This document shows, piece after piece, positions 38,425-50,400 of a stretch of 64,000 nucleotides of DNA. Each line of letters begins with the position of its first letter. Position 1 is the stretch's first letter. Made by a program: the position numbers and the translations under genes. The stretch spans positions 7,130,001 through 7,194,000 of the forward strand of contig CATNEN010000002.1 in NCBI GenBank assembly GCA_950097015.1. Direction: 5' to 3'. Source of the DNA: Macrostomum hystrix (Eukaryota > Animalia > Platyhelminthes). The notes beneath the pieces were generated by a model. It was given only the letters and a program-made list of their open reading frames with translations. It was not told where the DNA came from and ran no database searches.

Positions 38425-39627
38425 ATGCCTGTGGCCTATGGGTTGAGTGGGACTGGCCAGCCTGAGGCCGAGAGGACCACTCCCTGCATCCACTGTCTCT
38501 CCCTTCATCTCTCCCTTCATCCCTCTTTCCGCGGCAACTCGCGAGACTTTGCGGTACGACTTCTGACTCTATCGCCATCCCCACACTCCTTTTCCTTCAC
38601 GAGGACAGATCATCGGATTGCAAACCCGCAACTATTTCAGAAGCTGTTTCTCGTATTCGGACTCATCTGGCCACTCGGATGCTGCAATCCTGCCGAATGG
38701 CAACGACTGGAAACCAGGCAGTGCCTGCCGGAGCTGCTGGCCCTCCAGACAGCGTTTCTGCGTAGCCAAATCGAATGCGCAACCATCGGCAACCAGATTA
38801 GCGGTCTGTTGGTGGCCCAGTTCGACTCGGACACTCGCCAGTGCTCGCTGTTCAAGTACATTGTCGTGTGCCACCTCATCAATGGACAAGCCAGCAATGG
38901 GATCAACGCACTGCACAGCTGTGCTGCATTTGCCAATGCCAGAGCCGTCAGCTTCATGACGCTGAGCAGGAAGCTGATGAGCAGTGTGGGCTCGAAGCTG
39001 CGTGCAGCGTGGGTGATGAGTGACGATGAGGAAGCCAGCAAGAGCAACTTGGTGTGCGGCGAGACGCTGCTGTGGCAGTCGGAGTCAGTCGAGTTCAGCA
39101 TTGATGGAGCCGTGCTAAATGGACAGTCGTCCAAGATGTCGCTGGAAGGAGTGGAGTTCGGCAACCCGCAGCAGGGGCTGACGTGGCTGGTCAGGCTCAA
39201 GCGAGTGGCTACGGCGGGACCGATTCTTTCGAGCTGCGACTGCAGCACCAAGACGCCTGGAATCTGGCTCTGGGACGGAGCTCCCAATAAGAGAGGCCTG
39301 TACTTCTTTAGGAATGCGCCAACGATTACGGCATATAAAACTGACCCGGGAACTAACACCTACGATCCGAATGTGTTCGTGGAAGTCGGCGTCAGCTCGG
39401 TGTCGCCATCGGACCGAGTCTTCTACTCAAACTCAGGCTTTGTGTCCGAGAGGAAAGTGTCTTTCAGCGATTCGGCTATTGGGTCGAATCTAGCGTTCCG
39501 TTGCGTCATAATGGGGTTCATGCACGGAGACACCCGGATGCTGAGCGGCACCGTACGCGCCGCGGCCATCGTGAACGACACGATGACAGAGGAGGAGATC
39601 CGCAGCTTCTTTGGCATGGTCCGCTGA
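38425..39627 (+). CDS. Probable secreted protein: degenerate PAN-like region + concanavalin A/LamG-like lectin domain (true start uncertain)
   Basis: 400-aa GC-rich frame with a hydrophobic segment LFLVFGLIWPLGCC and SQIECAT...FDSDTRQCSLF. The C-terminus (GAVLNGQSSKMSL...TWLVRLK...LSGTVRAAAIVNDTMTEEEIRSF) resembles LamG3/pentraxin-type ends. A possible splice acceptor lies at ~38603-38608. Confidence 0.6.
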   Translation: MPVAYGLSGTGQPEAERTTPCIHCLSLHLSLHPSFRGNSRDFAVRLLTLSPSPHSFSFTRTDHRIANPQLFQKLFLVFGLIWPLGCCNPAEWQRLETRQCLPELLALQTAFLRSQIECATIGNQISGLLVAQFDSDTRQCSLFKYIVVCHLINGQASNGINALHSCAAFANARAVSFMTLSRKLMSSVGSKLRAAWVMSDDEEASKSNLVCGETLLWQSESVEFSIDGAVLNGQSSKMSLEGVEFGNPQQGLTWLVRLKRVATAGPILSSCDCSTKTPGIWLWDGAPNKRGLYFFRNAPTITAYKTDPGTNTYDPNVFVEVGVSSVSPSDRVFYSNSGFVSERKVSFSDSAIGSNLAFRCVIMGFMHGDTRMLSGTVRAAAIVNDTMTEEEIRSFFGMVR

Positions 39628-40180
39628 GTCTGAGTTGAAGAAGCTCCATGAGGTCGAGGGGGGACCGTAAATGATTTTCAACAACATTATAATTTTTTTT
39701 ATTAGAAAGCTGAATTAATCGGTACATTCTGTCTGAAGCTCGTGTGTCTGCCTGTTTTACGAAGTGAGCTGTGCTTAAAATAAGTTGAAAATCTGTGACT
39801 AATCAAACTTTTTATCGATTGCAAGATTCTAACGCAACGTTAGAAGAAAACTTCAGTATCTTGCAAGTAAATCACGAAACTCCTTTAAACCGAGCTGACA
39901 CCTGTAAAAACGGCTCTGTAACTGAAACAGGCAGACAAACAATTTTTAGTTAAAATGCACAGGATTCATTCAGCTTTCTAATAAAGCAAAAGCTGTGAAA
40001 AATCTGTTGAATAGAACTGAGTTAATCCACGTTTTCTCCACGTTCTGCACGAGAACTGCCCATCTCTCCAATCGAAATGGGAGACAACCAGTCACGCACA
40101 CTTATTTCCTCGATACGATTGTAACTGGCCTCCGAGTTGTAACATTTCAATTACCACATTTTGAAACATTTCCACTCACT

Positions 40181-40453
40181 CTGGTCACACCTGGACTCAA
40201 GACCTACCATGCAAACACTCTGCTCTTCTTCATTCTGGAGAAGCATTGCACGGACTCCAATGCTTTGCAGCCTCAGAATCTGATCTCACTGCTGAAGGAG
40301 TCTCTCGACATGATGCTGAGCTTCATCGACTCAAGCAGGTCACCCGATGAGTGCATGCCGCACTTCTTCATGTCCGACTCTCCGGTCCACTTCAAGAACG
40401 CTGGAATCGGCGGCGACTTCGACAACACAAAGTCGAGGTTCGAGACCGACTAA
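40181..40453 (+). pseudogene. Orphan Mab-21/cGAS-like C-terminal helical-domain fragment
   Basis: GLKTYHANTLLFFILEKH...QNLISLLKESLDMMLSF...CMPHFFMSD follows the Mab-21 family motif SYHLKTLLF..CE...NL...L..L...L...CPHYF. No N-terminal nucleotidyltransferase exon is evident nearby. Confidence 0.5.
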
Positions 40454-40569
40454 GAGAGCCGAGAAGCGAAATTAGCAGAGTGGTTGAGTAGATGAATGGA
40501 CCCGTGAGACCTCTGCAGTCAGAGAACTTCTATTTTCACCAGTTCACACTGCTGCCGTTGACTGCGGAG

Positions 40570-40870
40570 TGAACTTTGCGGGGCAGAAGTGTCTGAGGGG
40601 TAGAAGTGTCTGAGGGGTAGAAGTGTCTGAGGGGTAGAAGTGTCTGAGGGGTAGAAGTGTCTGAGGGGTATAAGTGTCTGAGGGGTATAAGTGTCTGAGG
40701 GGTATAAGTGTCTGAGGGGTAGAAGTGTCTGAGGGGTAGAAGTGTCTGAGGGGTATAAGTGTCTGAGGGGTAGAAGTGTCTGAGGGGTATAAGTGTTTGA
40801 GGGGTAGAAGTGTCTGAGGGGTAGAAGTGTCTGAGGGGTAGAAAGTCTGAGGGGTAGAAGTGTCTGAGGG
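40570..40870. repeat. 17-bp minisatellite (AGAAGTGTCTGAGGGGT)n
   Basis: Directly visible tandem units. Confidence 0.95.
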
Positions 40871-41310
40871 GCTGGTGGTCCGATTCAAAGATATATTTCG
40901 TGCATGGCTCATACGCTCTCCTATGCGCACAACTTCACCAGTGCAAGAGAGGCTAAAGTCAATATAAAGTAAAAGTTTTGATCCAAGGCAAGTTAATTTA
41001 CGTCTATGGGTGTACTAGATTTAGATTTACCCCGTACTTAATTTGATGCGTATTTAAAAATATTTTTTGCTTGCCACTCTTGCTCACTCTTATCACTCTT
41101 AAGGTTCGATTCTGAGTTAAAATGGCAACCGTCTTTACTCTGCTGAGTCTGGGTTTCGTCTGTGCCCTTTTGGCCTGCATTACGAAACGTTGGAATCGCG
41201 GCGGACTGTTTGACTTGCAGGGTACGATATTGCTGAGTTGCTGAGATAACAAATGAACTTTTACACTCAGAATATAGTAGCCCGTTTAACTTTTACGTTT
41301 CCATTTGCAG

Positions 41311-42575
41311 AAAGGAGTTCTGCTGGCGATATTGTCAGAGTCATAGCCATCATCGGCACCGCTTTTTTGGGGGTTAGCCTGCTGTTCGAGTTGCTCAGGA
41401 TTATGGTCAAGAAGTTGAAGCAGAAAACTTGTATCAACGTAATGATCCTGATTTGCTGCATTATCAGCGGTGAGTACAAATCCTTGTTCCGCTAAATTTG
41501 CCCCGTGTTTAAGCCACAGCGTGAACCTTTCTCTCCCAGATTTTACGGCCCGCACCCACTACCCCAACTCTACAGCCCGCACCCACTACCCCAACTCTAC
41601 AGCCCGCACCCACTACCCCACCTCTACAGCCCGCACCCACTACCCCAACCCCAACTCTACGGCCCGCACCCACCACCCCAACTCTGCAGCCCGCACCCAC
41701 TACCCCAATACTTCGGCCCGCACCCACAACCCCAATACTTCGGCCCGCACCCACAACCCCAATACTTCGGCCCGCACCCACTACCCTAACTCTACAGCCC
41801 GCAGTCACAACCCCAACTCTACAGCCCGCACTCACAACCCCAACTCTACAGCCCGCACCCACTACCCTAACTCTACAGCCCGCAGTCACAACCCCAACTC
41901 TACAGCCCGCACTCACAACCCCAACTCTACAGCCCGCACTCACAACCCCAACTCTACAGCCCGCACTCACAACCCCAACTCTACAGCCCGCACCCACAAC
42001 CCCAATACTTCGGCCCGCACCCACAACCCCAATACTTCGGCCCGCACCCACTACCCTAACTCTACAGCCCGCAGTCACAACCCCAACTCTACAGCCCGCA
42101 CTCACAACCCCAACTCTACAGCCCGCACCCACTACCCTAACTCTACAGCCCGCAGTCACAACCCCAACTCTACAGCCCGCACTCACAACCCCAACTCTAC
42201 AGCCCGCACTCACAACCCCAACTCTACAGCCCGCACTCACAACCCCAACTCTACAGCCCGCACCCACAACCCCAACTCTGCGGCCCGCGCCCACCACCCA
42301 TCAGTAGCCGCACCCACCATCTAAATTGTAAGGCCAGTTCCGACGACCCCGAAGTCTATTTGAAAGTGATCTTTTTATGTCCACATGTCTCGAAGCATTT
42401 GTTTTAAGCGCTATCCTTGTATGTGCACCCCGCAGTTCTAGCGCTGTTATCTGGCCTCTGCATGTACGCCCGGTACTACACAACAGGCGGCTACAGCCTC
42501 TGGCTGCTGACTGCCAGCACTGTGTTCGCTACGGAAGCTATGATTGTGAACATCATGCAGTGCCGTCGCGGTTAA
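41311..42575 (+). CDS. 3' exons of a claudin/PMP22-like tetraspan membrane protein
   Basis: Exon 41311-41469 (tttgcag|...AGC G|gtgagt) and exon 42436-42575 (ccgcag|TT...TAA) join in phase 1. They give IVRVIAIIGTAFLGVSLLFELL...INVMILICCIISV LALLSGLCMYARYYTTGGYSLWLLTASTVFATEAMIVNIMQCRRG*, with three hydrophobic helices and a GYS.W motif. The first exon was not found. Confidence 0.6.
41545..42300. repeat. 27-bp intronic minisatellite (CCCCAACTCTACAGCCCGCACTCACAA)n
   Basis: Tandem units explain the TARTHNPNS pseudo-ORF. Confidence 0.95.
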
Positions 42576-42616
42576 GTTTTGTTTTAGTTTGAACAGGCTA
42601 TCAATATTTGACATTC

Positions 42617-43619
42617 TACTATTGGTTTTTAACTTCTATTTTAAACTAAGTAACTTCAATTTCGCCCGGCGGTTCTCCGACTGGTGTTAGTATTTCCATT
42701 TCGCCCGCGGGGAGGGGGATGCTCATGTGTACCCGATTATTAACTTCAATTTCGCCCGCGGGAGGGGGATGCTCATGTGTACCCGATTATTAACTTCAAT
42801 TTCGCCCGCGGGGAGGGGGTTGCTCATGTGTACCCGATTAGTAACTTCAATTTCGTCCGCGTGACCGGCCTGCCCAAGTTAGAGTAAATCAATTTCACAA
42901 AAGTAACTTCTATTACGTCTTGCATTATTTTCATACGGCTTCAAACATTAATATAGGCCATGATGGGTCTGTACTTTCAAAATATTTTTGGACGTCTCAG
43001 GCAAGACACCAAGTGGGAGACAAACAACAAAAAGAGTTCGTATTGTCGCTCCAATAAGATTGGAGCCTTAGGAGCGGCTGGATGTGAAAGTATTGGCGCT
43101 ATCCAATTAGCAGATTTTTTTGTCATTCTGTGTTATAGGGTCATAAATTCACAGGGCCATAAATCTCTCGACACTCGAAATAATTATCATAATTGCATTG
43201 CAGTGGAGTCGGTGGCGGCGTCGGCGTCGACGAAGATCAAAGACAAGGACATTGCCGGTATTTCACAGAGCGGACGCAAAAACAAATCGCTGGGCTGAAG
43301 AGACGAAATCTCGCGGGCGAAATTGAAGTTAATAATCGGGTACACATGAGCATCCCCCTCCCCGCGGGCGAAATTGAAGTTAATAATCGGGTACACATGA
43401 GCATCCCCCTCCCCGCGGGCGAAATTGAAGTTAATAATCGGGTACACATGAGCATCCCCCTCCCCGCGGGCGAAATTGAAGTTAATAATCGGGTACACAT
43501 GAGCATCCCCCTCCCCGCGGGCGAAATTGAAGTTAATAATCGGGTACACATGAGCATCCTCCTCCCGCGGGCGAAATCGAAGCTACTTAGTTTGAAATAG
43601 AAGTTGAAAACCAATAGTA
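42617..43619. mobile_element. Foldback-like element: long inverted arms made of 51-bp tandem units
   Basis: The left arm (42617-42861) and right arm (43312-43619) are reverse complements. Both have the outer TACTATTGGTTTT.AACTTCTATTT.AAACTAAGTA block plus 51-bp units (AACTTCAATTTCGCCCGCGGGGAGGGGGATGCTCATGTGTACCCGATTATT); the spacer is ~450 bp. Confidence 0.8.
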
Positions 43620-44558
43620 TTAGAAAGACAATTCAAATCGACAGGACAAAGACTGAAAGACATTGGCTTATTATACTTGCTGCAATATTTTCAACCGAAA
43701 CATAGAAAAAAACCCTAAGATATTTTTTTTATTTACCCTTTAACTCCAAATGCTTTTTCTTCCTTCTAAAATATTTAATGCGCTTTTTAGATTGGCGAAT
43801 ACTCAGAGTGAATTATTTTATATTGAATTTATTTTTGCATGACACCTCTCTCAGTTAGTCTGAGTACACTTTTAGCTGCTGCATGCCTTAGACCTGATTC
43901 TGATGATTCCCCCACTTGCCCCGGGCGAACATCTCTGTTTTCAGTTGAAACTTCATTTATTTGCATCGGTGCAAATACACAGTTCATTTCACTCGCGCGT
44001 AGAAAATATTAAAACGCTGCTTCTAACTGCTCAATAGTCTAAATCAATAAACTTCACTTTACTTCACCCAGAGCTCAAATTTAATTTGACCATAGCCATT
44101 AAATCATTTTTGCGGGCCTAGCGATGAGTTTTCAGGGCGTCAATGAGAAAACTTTTGCCTTGAATTTATCGATTGTCGCGGCCGCTCTCTCCAGCGCCCT
44201 GTGTGTCGCTAGGGCGGCCACCCCAACCTTAGGTTTTGACTAGCACTTGCGCTGGGCCGGGGGCAGTGTGCATAGGGCTTAAGCTCGTGTACACGCGCCG
44301 GCCTATAAATCACAAACTTTTGGGACGTGCTGCACGTTACCTGTTCTCCGTCAACTAAAAATATATATTACGTGGCTGCGATCGCCACACTATGGTAATT
44401 TTATTTTATTTTTTAATAACAAATAAAGATTAAACATAGAAACATGCGCATTCAAACAGCGACAGCAGTTATTTCTCACAAGCACGAAATAAACAACCAG
44501 TTAGTAAAAGTTAGTCTTATTAGCACTTCATTATCGAAACTATCAGACTGCAGGTAAA

Positions 44559-45855
44559 CTAGTCCTTCGCGCCGTGGATCTCGAACTTACAATTTTGAAA
44601 TGTTCCGGAAAAATTCACACTGATCGATTGTCCTGGCGACGGCGACTCAGCTTTTCCTTCGGCATGATGAACATTGCAGTTAGACATTGTTTCCTTTATC
44701 GACGTCACACCAGTAGGGCCCACACGTTTAACGCCCATGGTCGATGCACTGGCATCGACGGACAATGCTTCTGACATTGCTCGAAAGTCGGCGTCTCTCC
44801 TCATCCTGAAGTAACATTCCACACTCTCCGGCTTCCTGTGTCCCGCACTTTTAGCAATCGCTGAATTCGAAAATGCGTGCTTTTTTTAATCGTAACGTGG
44901 GTTACGCGAATACAATGATTCATGTAACGCTTAGAGAGGCCGAGATTATTCGACAGTTGAGTCATAAATTGATCGATCGTATTCTTGCCAACCGTACGGG
45001 AGACACAGTACCAGCGCTTATCTGATGTACCTTTCGAAACGTTGACACACTGCTTCGAGAAAAGCGACTGCAAGGCACATTTAGGCACTGCAGGTACATA
45101 TTCAAGGCAGCATCGGGACAATTTTGATTTTCGGAATCCGAATACATGCGTGTCTGCTTAGCATCATGTGATTCGGTCTTCTTCAGAGATGCCTTCGAGT
45201 TCTTACTTAGAAGGTCATGATTCAGTGCGACATAGGCACGGCCTTCAGAATCTTCTAAAAACACGAAACTTTCCTTAGTCAGCGTTGGTAGAGTTTCTCG
45301 TCCACGCAGTCCAAAATAATAAATTAGATGAAACATGACCTCCTGCTGCAGTATGACACCATTTGACCTATCAAAATAGCCCATGATTTTCTGCAGGTCA
45401 TTATTTTCAATTGCAGCAAACCTGTCTCGGTATTTGGGTTGATTGGCTAGCTTGTACTTGTGAACCATCGATACTAAAATTCGATTGGCATTACGCGAAA
45501 GCAATGTCCGCAATAATATTTATATCTGGACGGTTGAGACAGAAAAAGCGACGCAGTCCGGCTAGAATGCAGATCAGACTTGCTGGAGCATAGTACTGCT
45601 CGTCCTTTGTTCGCAGTCTCGAATAGAAGAAGCGTAAATGTTTGCCAAGATAGACTTTGGAATTTGTAACAGTTCAGTTGACAGCTTGCTTGCTTCCAAA
45701 AATCTCTTGAAGCTGTTCACATTTTCCTCGATCTGCCGTGCAGAAGAATCGGGCATGCCATCTCGCTCAAGCTCATTCAACATTGCGTCCTCCAGAATGT
45801 CTTGTATCTCCTCTGAATCTATCTTGCGCGCGAATTTCTCGCTTAGTTCTTCCAA
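44559..45855 (-). mobile_element. Second decayed Crypton-type DUF3504 tyrosine recombinase pseudogene
   Basis: Frames give FAAIENNDLQKIMGYFDRSNGVILQQEVMFHLIYYFGLRGRE, CPDAALNMYL, WY...VGKNTIDQFM..LS..LGLSKRYMNHCIRVT and GHRKPESVECY, with several frameshifts. Confidence 0.85.
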
Positions 45856-46484
45856 ATACCGACTGTTTGATTCTGATTATATCCAAGCTAACACTTCGGT
45901 TGACATACTGGAGACAATTTCTCAAAATTGTAAAAATTAATTTAATGGTTGATCATGGGTTAGACCGTCAAAAGAGCTAAATCCTGGCAGAGTTTAATCT
46001 ACAGCCAAGGACAACTTAATAACTCAGGACCGGAAACGAGCCAATTCATGGCGAAAAAAGTATGAGGCTCGTTTAAAAGCATTGTTCTATGGCCCATCCG
46101 TATGCGCATGCTTTCAGTTGCGAATGTATACTCGTATCATATTTGACTTTTTAATAGGCAGTCAGAAGGCGGGTGCAGGGTCGGTTTTCTTAAATGTTGA
46201 ATAGTTTTATTACATAAAAAACGTCGTGAAAATACACAATGGGAAAGCTGTACATGCAGCACATGTATAACGAAACTCGAGAAAAATTTACGATTCTTTC
46301 TTCATCTGAACTGCAAACAGAGAGGAAAATAACAGTCACATAACGGGACAAGAGCTGACTATGATTAATAGTAAAGTGACTAGCAAGTTTTGCCCCCCTT
46401 CGGGGAGCAGAAATATTTTGATTTCGTCCAGTATACACTTTTTAGCAGCTGCATTTTCAGCCTTTTTACGCTACAATGATCAGT

Positions 46485-47450
46485 TGACAATGATCCCCCA
46501 GTTGATAAAGATCCCCCAGTTGACAATAATCCCCCAGTTGACAATGATCCCCCAGTTGACAATGATCCCCCCGTTGACAATAATCCCCCAATTGATGATG
46601 ATCACGCAGTTGATTATGATCCCCCAGTTGACAATAATCCCTCAATTGATGATGATCACGCAGTTGACAATGATCCCCCAGTTAATGATGACTCCCCATT
46701 GATGATGATCCCCAGTTGACAATGTTCCCACAGCTGACAATGATCCCCGAGTTGACAATAATCCCCCAATTGATGATGATCACGCAGTTGACAATGATCC
46801 CCCAGTTAATGATGACTCCCCATTGATGATAATCTCCAGTTGACAACGTTCCCCCAGTTGACAATGTTCCCACAGTTGACAATGATCCCCCAGTTGATGA
46901 TGATCAACAAGTTGACAATGATCCCCCCAGTTCACAATGATCCTCCGGGTGATGATAAACCCCCAGTTGACAATGATCCCCAGTTGACAATGATCCCCCA
47001 GTTGACATTGACAATGATCTCCCAGTTGACAATGATCCCCCAGTTGACAATTATCCCCCAGTTAACCATGATCCCGCATTTGATGATGACTCCCCAGTTG
47101 ACAATTATCCCCCAGTTGACAATTATCCCCCCGTTGACAATGATCCTCCAGTTGACCATGATCCCCCAGTTGACGATTATCCCCCAGTCGACAATTATCT
47201 CTCAGTTGACTATGATCCCCCATTGATGGTGATCCCAGTTGACAATGTTCCCCCAGTTGAACATGATCCCCTAGTTGACAATGATCCCCTAGTTGATTAT
47301 GATCCCGCATTTGGTGATGTTTCCCCGTGACAATTATCCCCCAGTTGACAATTATCCCCCAGTTGCCAATGATCCTCCAGTTGACAATGATCCCCCAGTT
47401 GACAATTATCCCCCAGTTTACCATGATCCCCCAGTTGACGATTATCCACC
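46485..47450. repeat. 18-bp minisatellite (GTTGACAATGATCCCCCA)n
   Basis: Tandem units produce the LTMIPQ / NWGIIV pseudo-ORFs. The same array recurs at ~62900-63770. Confidence 0.95.
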
Positions 47451-47454
47451 AGTT

Positions 47455-50400
47455 CTGGTTTAGCTATGATTCAAACGCTGGGTTAGCCATGATTCAAACT
47501 CTGGTTTAGCCATGATTCAAACTCTGGTTTAGCCATGATTCAGAATCTAGTTTAGCCATGATTCAGACGCTGGTTTAGCTATGATTCAAACTCTGGTTTA
47601 GCCATGATTCAGACGCTGGTTTAGCTATGATTTAAACTCTGGTTTAGCCATGATTCAGACTCTGGTGTAGCCATGATTCAGACTCTGGTTTAGCCATGAT
47701 TCAGACTCTGGTTTAGCCATGATTCAGACTCTGGTTTAGCTATGAGCCATGATTCAGACTCTGGTGTAGCCATGATTCAGACTCTGGTTTAGCCATGATT
47801 CAAACTCTGTTTTAGCTATGATTCAAACTCTGGTTTTGCCATGATTCAGACGCTTGTTTAGCTATGATTCAAACTCTGGTTTAGCTATGAGCCATGATTC
47901 AGACTCTGGTGTAGCCATGAATCAGACTCTGGTTTAGCCATGATTCAAACTCTGGTTTAGCTATGATTTAAACTCTGGTTTTGCCATGATTCAAACTCTG
48001 GTTTAGCCATGATTCAGACTCTGGTTTAGCTATGATTCAGACTCTGGTGTAGCCATGATTCAGACTCTGGTTTAGCCATGATTCAGACTCTGGTTTAGCC
48101 TTGATTCAGACTCTGGTTTAGCCATGATTCAGACTCTGGTTTAGCCTTGATTCAGACTCTGGTTTAGCCATGATTCAGACTCTGGTTTAGCCATGATTCA
48201 GACTCTGGTTTAGCCATGATTCAGACTCTGGTTTAGCTATGATTCAAACTCTGGTTTAGCCATGATTCAGACTCTGGTTTAGCCTTGATTCAGACTCTGG
48301 TTTAGCCATGATTCAGACTCTGGTTTAGCCATGATTCAGACTCTGGTTTAGCCATGATTCAGACTCTGGTGTAGCCATGATTCAGACTCTGGTTTAGCCT
48401 TGATTCAGACTCTGGTTTAGCCATGATTCAGACTCTGGTTTAGCCATGATTCAGACTCTGGTTTAGCCATGATTCAGACTCTGGTGTAGCCATGATTCAG
48501 ACTCTGCATGGTTTAGCCATGATCCAGACTCTGATTTAGCCATGATTCAGACTCTGGTTTAGCCATGATTCAGACTCTGGTGTAGCCATGATTCAGACTC
48601 TGGTTTAGCCATGATTCAGACTCTGGTTTAGCTATGATTCAAACTCTGGTTTAGCCATGATTCAGACTCTGGTTTAGCCATGATTCAGACTCTGGTTTAG
48701 CCATGATTCAAACTCTGGTTTAGCCATGATTCAGACTCTGGTGTAGCCATGATTCAGACTCTGGTTTAGCTATGATTCAAACTCTGGTTTAGCCATGATT
48801 CAGACTCTGGTTTAGCCATGATTCAGACTCTGGTGTAGCCATGATTCAGACTCTGGTTTAGCTATGATTCAAACTCTGGTTTAGCCATGATTCAGACTCT
48901 GGTTTAGCCATGATTCAGACTCTGGTGTAGCCATGATTCAGACTCTGGTTTAGCCATGATTCAAACTCTGGTTTAGCCATGATTCAGACTCTGGTTTAGC
49001 CATGATTCAGACTCTGGTTTAGCTATGATTCAAACTCTGGTTTAGCCATGATTCAGACTCTGGTTTAGCCATGATTCAGACTCTGGTGTAGCCATGATTC
49101 AGACTCTGGTTTAGCTATGATTCAAACTCTGGTTTAGCCATGATTCAGACTCTGGTTTAGCCATGATTCAGACTCTGGTGTAGCCATGATTCAGACTCTG
49201 GTTTAGCCATGATTCAGACTCTGGTTTAGCCTTGATTCAGACTCTGGTTTAGCCATGATTCAGACTCTGGTGTAGCCATGATTCAGACTCTGGTTTAGCC
49301 ATGATTCAGACTCTGGTGTAGCCATGATTCAGACTCTGGTTTAGCCATGATCCAGACTCTGGTTTAGCCTTGATTCAGACTCTGGTTTAGCCATGATTCA
49401 AACTCTGTTTTAGCCGGTGTGCTATGATTTATGATATTTTATTTACGAAATGAAAAAAATAATATAAAATAGTCTTCAATCACTACTGGCTGAAAATTAG
49501 TCTAAATGATTTGATGCAGTGCAGAATCGAACCCTAGCCTAGCCTAACCTATTCCTAGTGCCTACACATCGGCTATTCCGACTGTTGGTTAGTGGGTGCA
49601 AAAATCAGCCTTATAAAATGAATTCTCAAAGTTCTGGCTTTGTACAATGAAGTAAGAAAATAGAGTACACTCAGTCTTGCGGTTGGTTGTGTACATTTAT
49701 TTCCAATTTGTCTCCAGAGTGCAGGCTTCAAATTCAATCAGCTAGGGGTTGTTGCGCAATTTGACGATGCAATTCTAATTCAGTGGCAGTGAGTAAAATT
49801 CTCAATAGGCCAAGATGGTTTGACCTTTGAAAAATCATGTTTTTCGAATATTTAATCCCTTTAGCAATAAAGTTAAGCTTAATAAAAATACGTGTATAAT
49901 TGTCCCCATATTTAGCATCTTTTGGTGAAGAAATGGTGAAAATCGGTTGAGCCGTTCGGGAGAAAATCAATTACAACCAAGCAAGCATTTCATTTTTAGT
50001 ATAGTGGCCATGATTCAGACTCTGGTTTAGCCATGATTCAAACTCTGTTTTAGCTATGATTCAAACTCTGGTTTTGCCATGATTCAGACGCTTGTTTAGC
50101 TATGATTCAAACTCTGGTTTAGCTATGAGCCATGATTCAGACTCTGGTGTAGCCATGAATCAGACTCTGGTTTAGCCATGATTCAAACTCTGGTTTAGCT
50201 ATGATTTAAACTCTGGTTTTGCCATGATTCAAACTCTGGTTTAGCCATGATTCAGACTCTGGTTTAGCTATGATTCAGACTCTGGTGTAGCCATGATTCA
50301 GACTCTGGTTTAGCCATGATTCAGACTCTGGTTTAGCCTTGATTCAGACTCTGGTTTAGCCATGATTCAGACTCTGGTTTAGCCTTGATTCAGACTCTGG

